From Phoronis australis (lineage: Eukaryota; Animalia; Phoronida), in contig NMRA01000007.1 in NCBI GenBank assembly GCA_002633005.1, positions 564,700 through 628,699 on the forward strand: a stretch of DNA of 64,000 nt. The letters run 5' to 3'. Shown here piece by piece: positions 61,701 through 64,000 of the stretch (the stretch's first letter is position 1; every line of letters starts with the position of its first letter). The notes beneath the pieces were generated by a model. It was not told the DNA's origin and ran no database searches. It saw only the letters and a program-made list of their open reading frames with translations. The position numbers and the translations under genes were made by a program.

Positions 61701-64000
61701 TGACGTAATAAGAACACCGATTTGGCGACTCTCTTTAATCGAATTCTTCGAACTATTAAATTGCCTGGGGTGGCTAATGATTCAAAACTCGTAATGGAGT
61801 CGTCAACCACAATCCGTGAATCTGGTGCCTGGGGAATGGTCAGCGGAAATACTATAACTGTGTTAGAGCGCTGCATGCAGTTGTGGGCTACCAAACACAA
61901 TCAAAGGCTACGATTCGTATCAGCTTGAAAATAAGTTAACTAATATACTATACCAATGCAGGAATCATTACGATTCCAATTAAAACACCACGAAAACAAT
62001 ATTAACAAATACCAGAGGGAAATTATGTCTCCACTCGACCAAGTCTTCAATAGAACACCAAACTAATCCACGACTAATAAGACCGTATGTTTTCTGTTCT
62101 TTTTCCTTACAGGAAGACATTTGTTTTTTTATCGGCAGTCTCTGATTAATGACGCTAGATCTAATTCGAGTAAATGAAAAAATTATCTTTGATGCCAGAA
62201 GCATCGATTTCACACCAAATCTGAAAGATCGAGCATGGGATACTCGTGGTTACATTCCCAACGGTCGATCCCAGTTCAGCGTTAACAATCACAAAATTGT
62301 CACTGCTCGAAAGCTCTAGTAACGACAGCTCTTCAGGAAGAGTCGACTTTTTAGCTTTTAGTCGCTTACTTTAAATATACTCGGATGAGACAATAAGATA
62401 GCATACATTCTAATGCTTTGGCGAAACTGCCTTTGGGTTCACGTCAGTAATCACGTTATTGGTTCTGTTTGTTTGTGAGTCAGCCGTGAGAGGGCACTCT
62501 CATTTTTTGCTCTCGTGCACATTCGTGGTTGCAAAAAAGTTTTTGAAAACTCTAGGGCAACAAAATAATCAAAATTCTGTTCAATTCTCCCGAACTGTGT
62601 TGGTTTGTTCCTCGACATCAAAACTGCATTATTAATACGGTAAATGTTTAGTCTGTACCTGTATCGTGTTTTAATTTAGGTGGAGGGTACAGATTTCTTG
62701 TAAGTAATGGTGGCGGTCTGGGTTCTCGTCTTTTAGAAAACCCAAAAAACACGATAACCACGAATTCATTGAGTATTGTGTACTAACGTTCATATTACTT
62801 CCTGCACAAATGGCAGTGCGCGGAAGAGCCAACATGTTTCGAGATCTCCAGGGATCGTTATTGATGTTTAACCCCTACCGTTAGTAGAGTGTTTGTTGTT
62901 CGTTCACCGATTACTTTAAGTAAGATAGACATATAAATACACATTTGTGTAATGTGTTGCCTAACTGACAACACAGTTTGAAAGCTATGCACATACCAGC
63001 GCTTTGTACTTCTGTGTGAAACAACAGATTGAACTAGAATCTTAATGAAGTCATAGTCAGTCACGAACAAATTTAAAAGTAGCGAAGATTATCCAAGCCC
63101 GTTAAAGTCCGAATTTCAACGAAAATCACTTTCAGATGAAGGCAAAACTGACTAGAAATTAAACCACCCATAGCATCCAGGCACTTACCCGTGTGCTGTC
63201 GGTTATGCACTCGGTGGAAGATGTCACGTATCTTCAATATTGCAACTGTTTGTTAGAAATGACTGACGACATTTCATTTAGAATTCGTTTTCCTAAACCA
63301 ATATAAAAGAAACCACGGTTTTATTCAATTACGAAATATCTGACTTGATGCACGCACCTCTTTACATGTTACGAAGAATTGGAAAAACAAATTACAGGAG
63401 CTAAAATTAAGATTATTTCCTCAATTTGCCCCTCGTTCATACTGGAACAATTTAAGGCAATCAACCTTTTGACGCACAGCAGAGATAACATCTGAATTAC
63501 AGGATGGGTTGCGTTAACAAGCTTGATAGCTCTATTACAGGGCCAACATCCGATGTAGATCGCAAAGAAATCATGCACTTTTCCGTCATCACGAGCCCCC
63601 AATTAACGCAATCTACTTTTCTTGCGAGAATTCATCGTTGAGGAATGATGGATTGCAGGGGGTGTAATTTCCATTATCGGAATTATTTAGAATTGACCTT
63701 CTTGTGTAAATAGTGTAATTTCAATTAATTAATGGATAGAACAACTTCGTTTTATTTATTTTTCTTGTTCTGCGGTAGGTAAGTTTCATTTCGGCACCAT
63801 TAATTTTGCGCGGCATAAGGGCTGCGAACTGTAATACCGAGGAGAGAAAAGGTTGGCCCGGCAGTACGTAAAGTGCGGTCGGGTGTTTTGATATCTAATG
63901 ACTTTAATCTGCCTTTTTTGTCATTCATTGCTAATGTTGTGTTTATTATTATTTTTCATTTTTTGCAATGAATGTTTTCTACGGCAGTTGCTAATTTCCC

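Overview
AT-rich, intron- and repeat-rich animal (most likely invertebrate bilaterian) genomic DNA, not prokaryotic; nearly all short ORFs in the supplied track are spurious. I reconstructed two convergent spliced genes by hand. (1) On +, the last 11 coding exons (471-18520) of a patatin-like phospholipase with an EF-hand insertion: the catalytic DGG is present, the GxSxG exon must lie left of the window, and the last intron is GC-AG. (2) On -, a glycoprotein-hormone-type receptor (LGR type A, TSHR/FSHR/LHCGR-like): seven 69-75 nt LRR exons plus a 2.29-kb hinge/7TM/C-tail exon (22502-36872); exon 1 was not found. The introns and upstream DNA hold a Penelope-type minimal hammerhead ribozyme, 5-bp-TSD hAT-like MITEs (two carrying a tRNA-like A/B-box head), a 2.8-kb TG..CA element with a 6-bp TSD, Harbinger- and Kolobok-like MITEs, an L1/Tx1 fragment inside a ~40-bp minisatellite, and decayed USP and THAP fragments. 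Four of the six single-N joins are flanked by near-identical duplications that are probably allelic assembly overlaps. I found no clearly new multi-gene system. The best leads are the EF-hand patatin, the receptor hinge substitutions, the intronic hammerhead and the unclassified transposons. All calls are from manual reading; no database searches were run.
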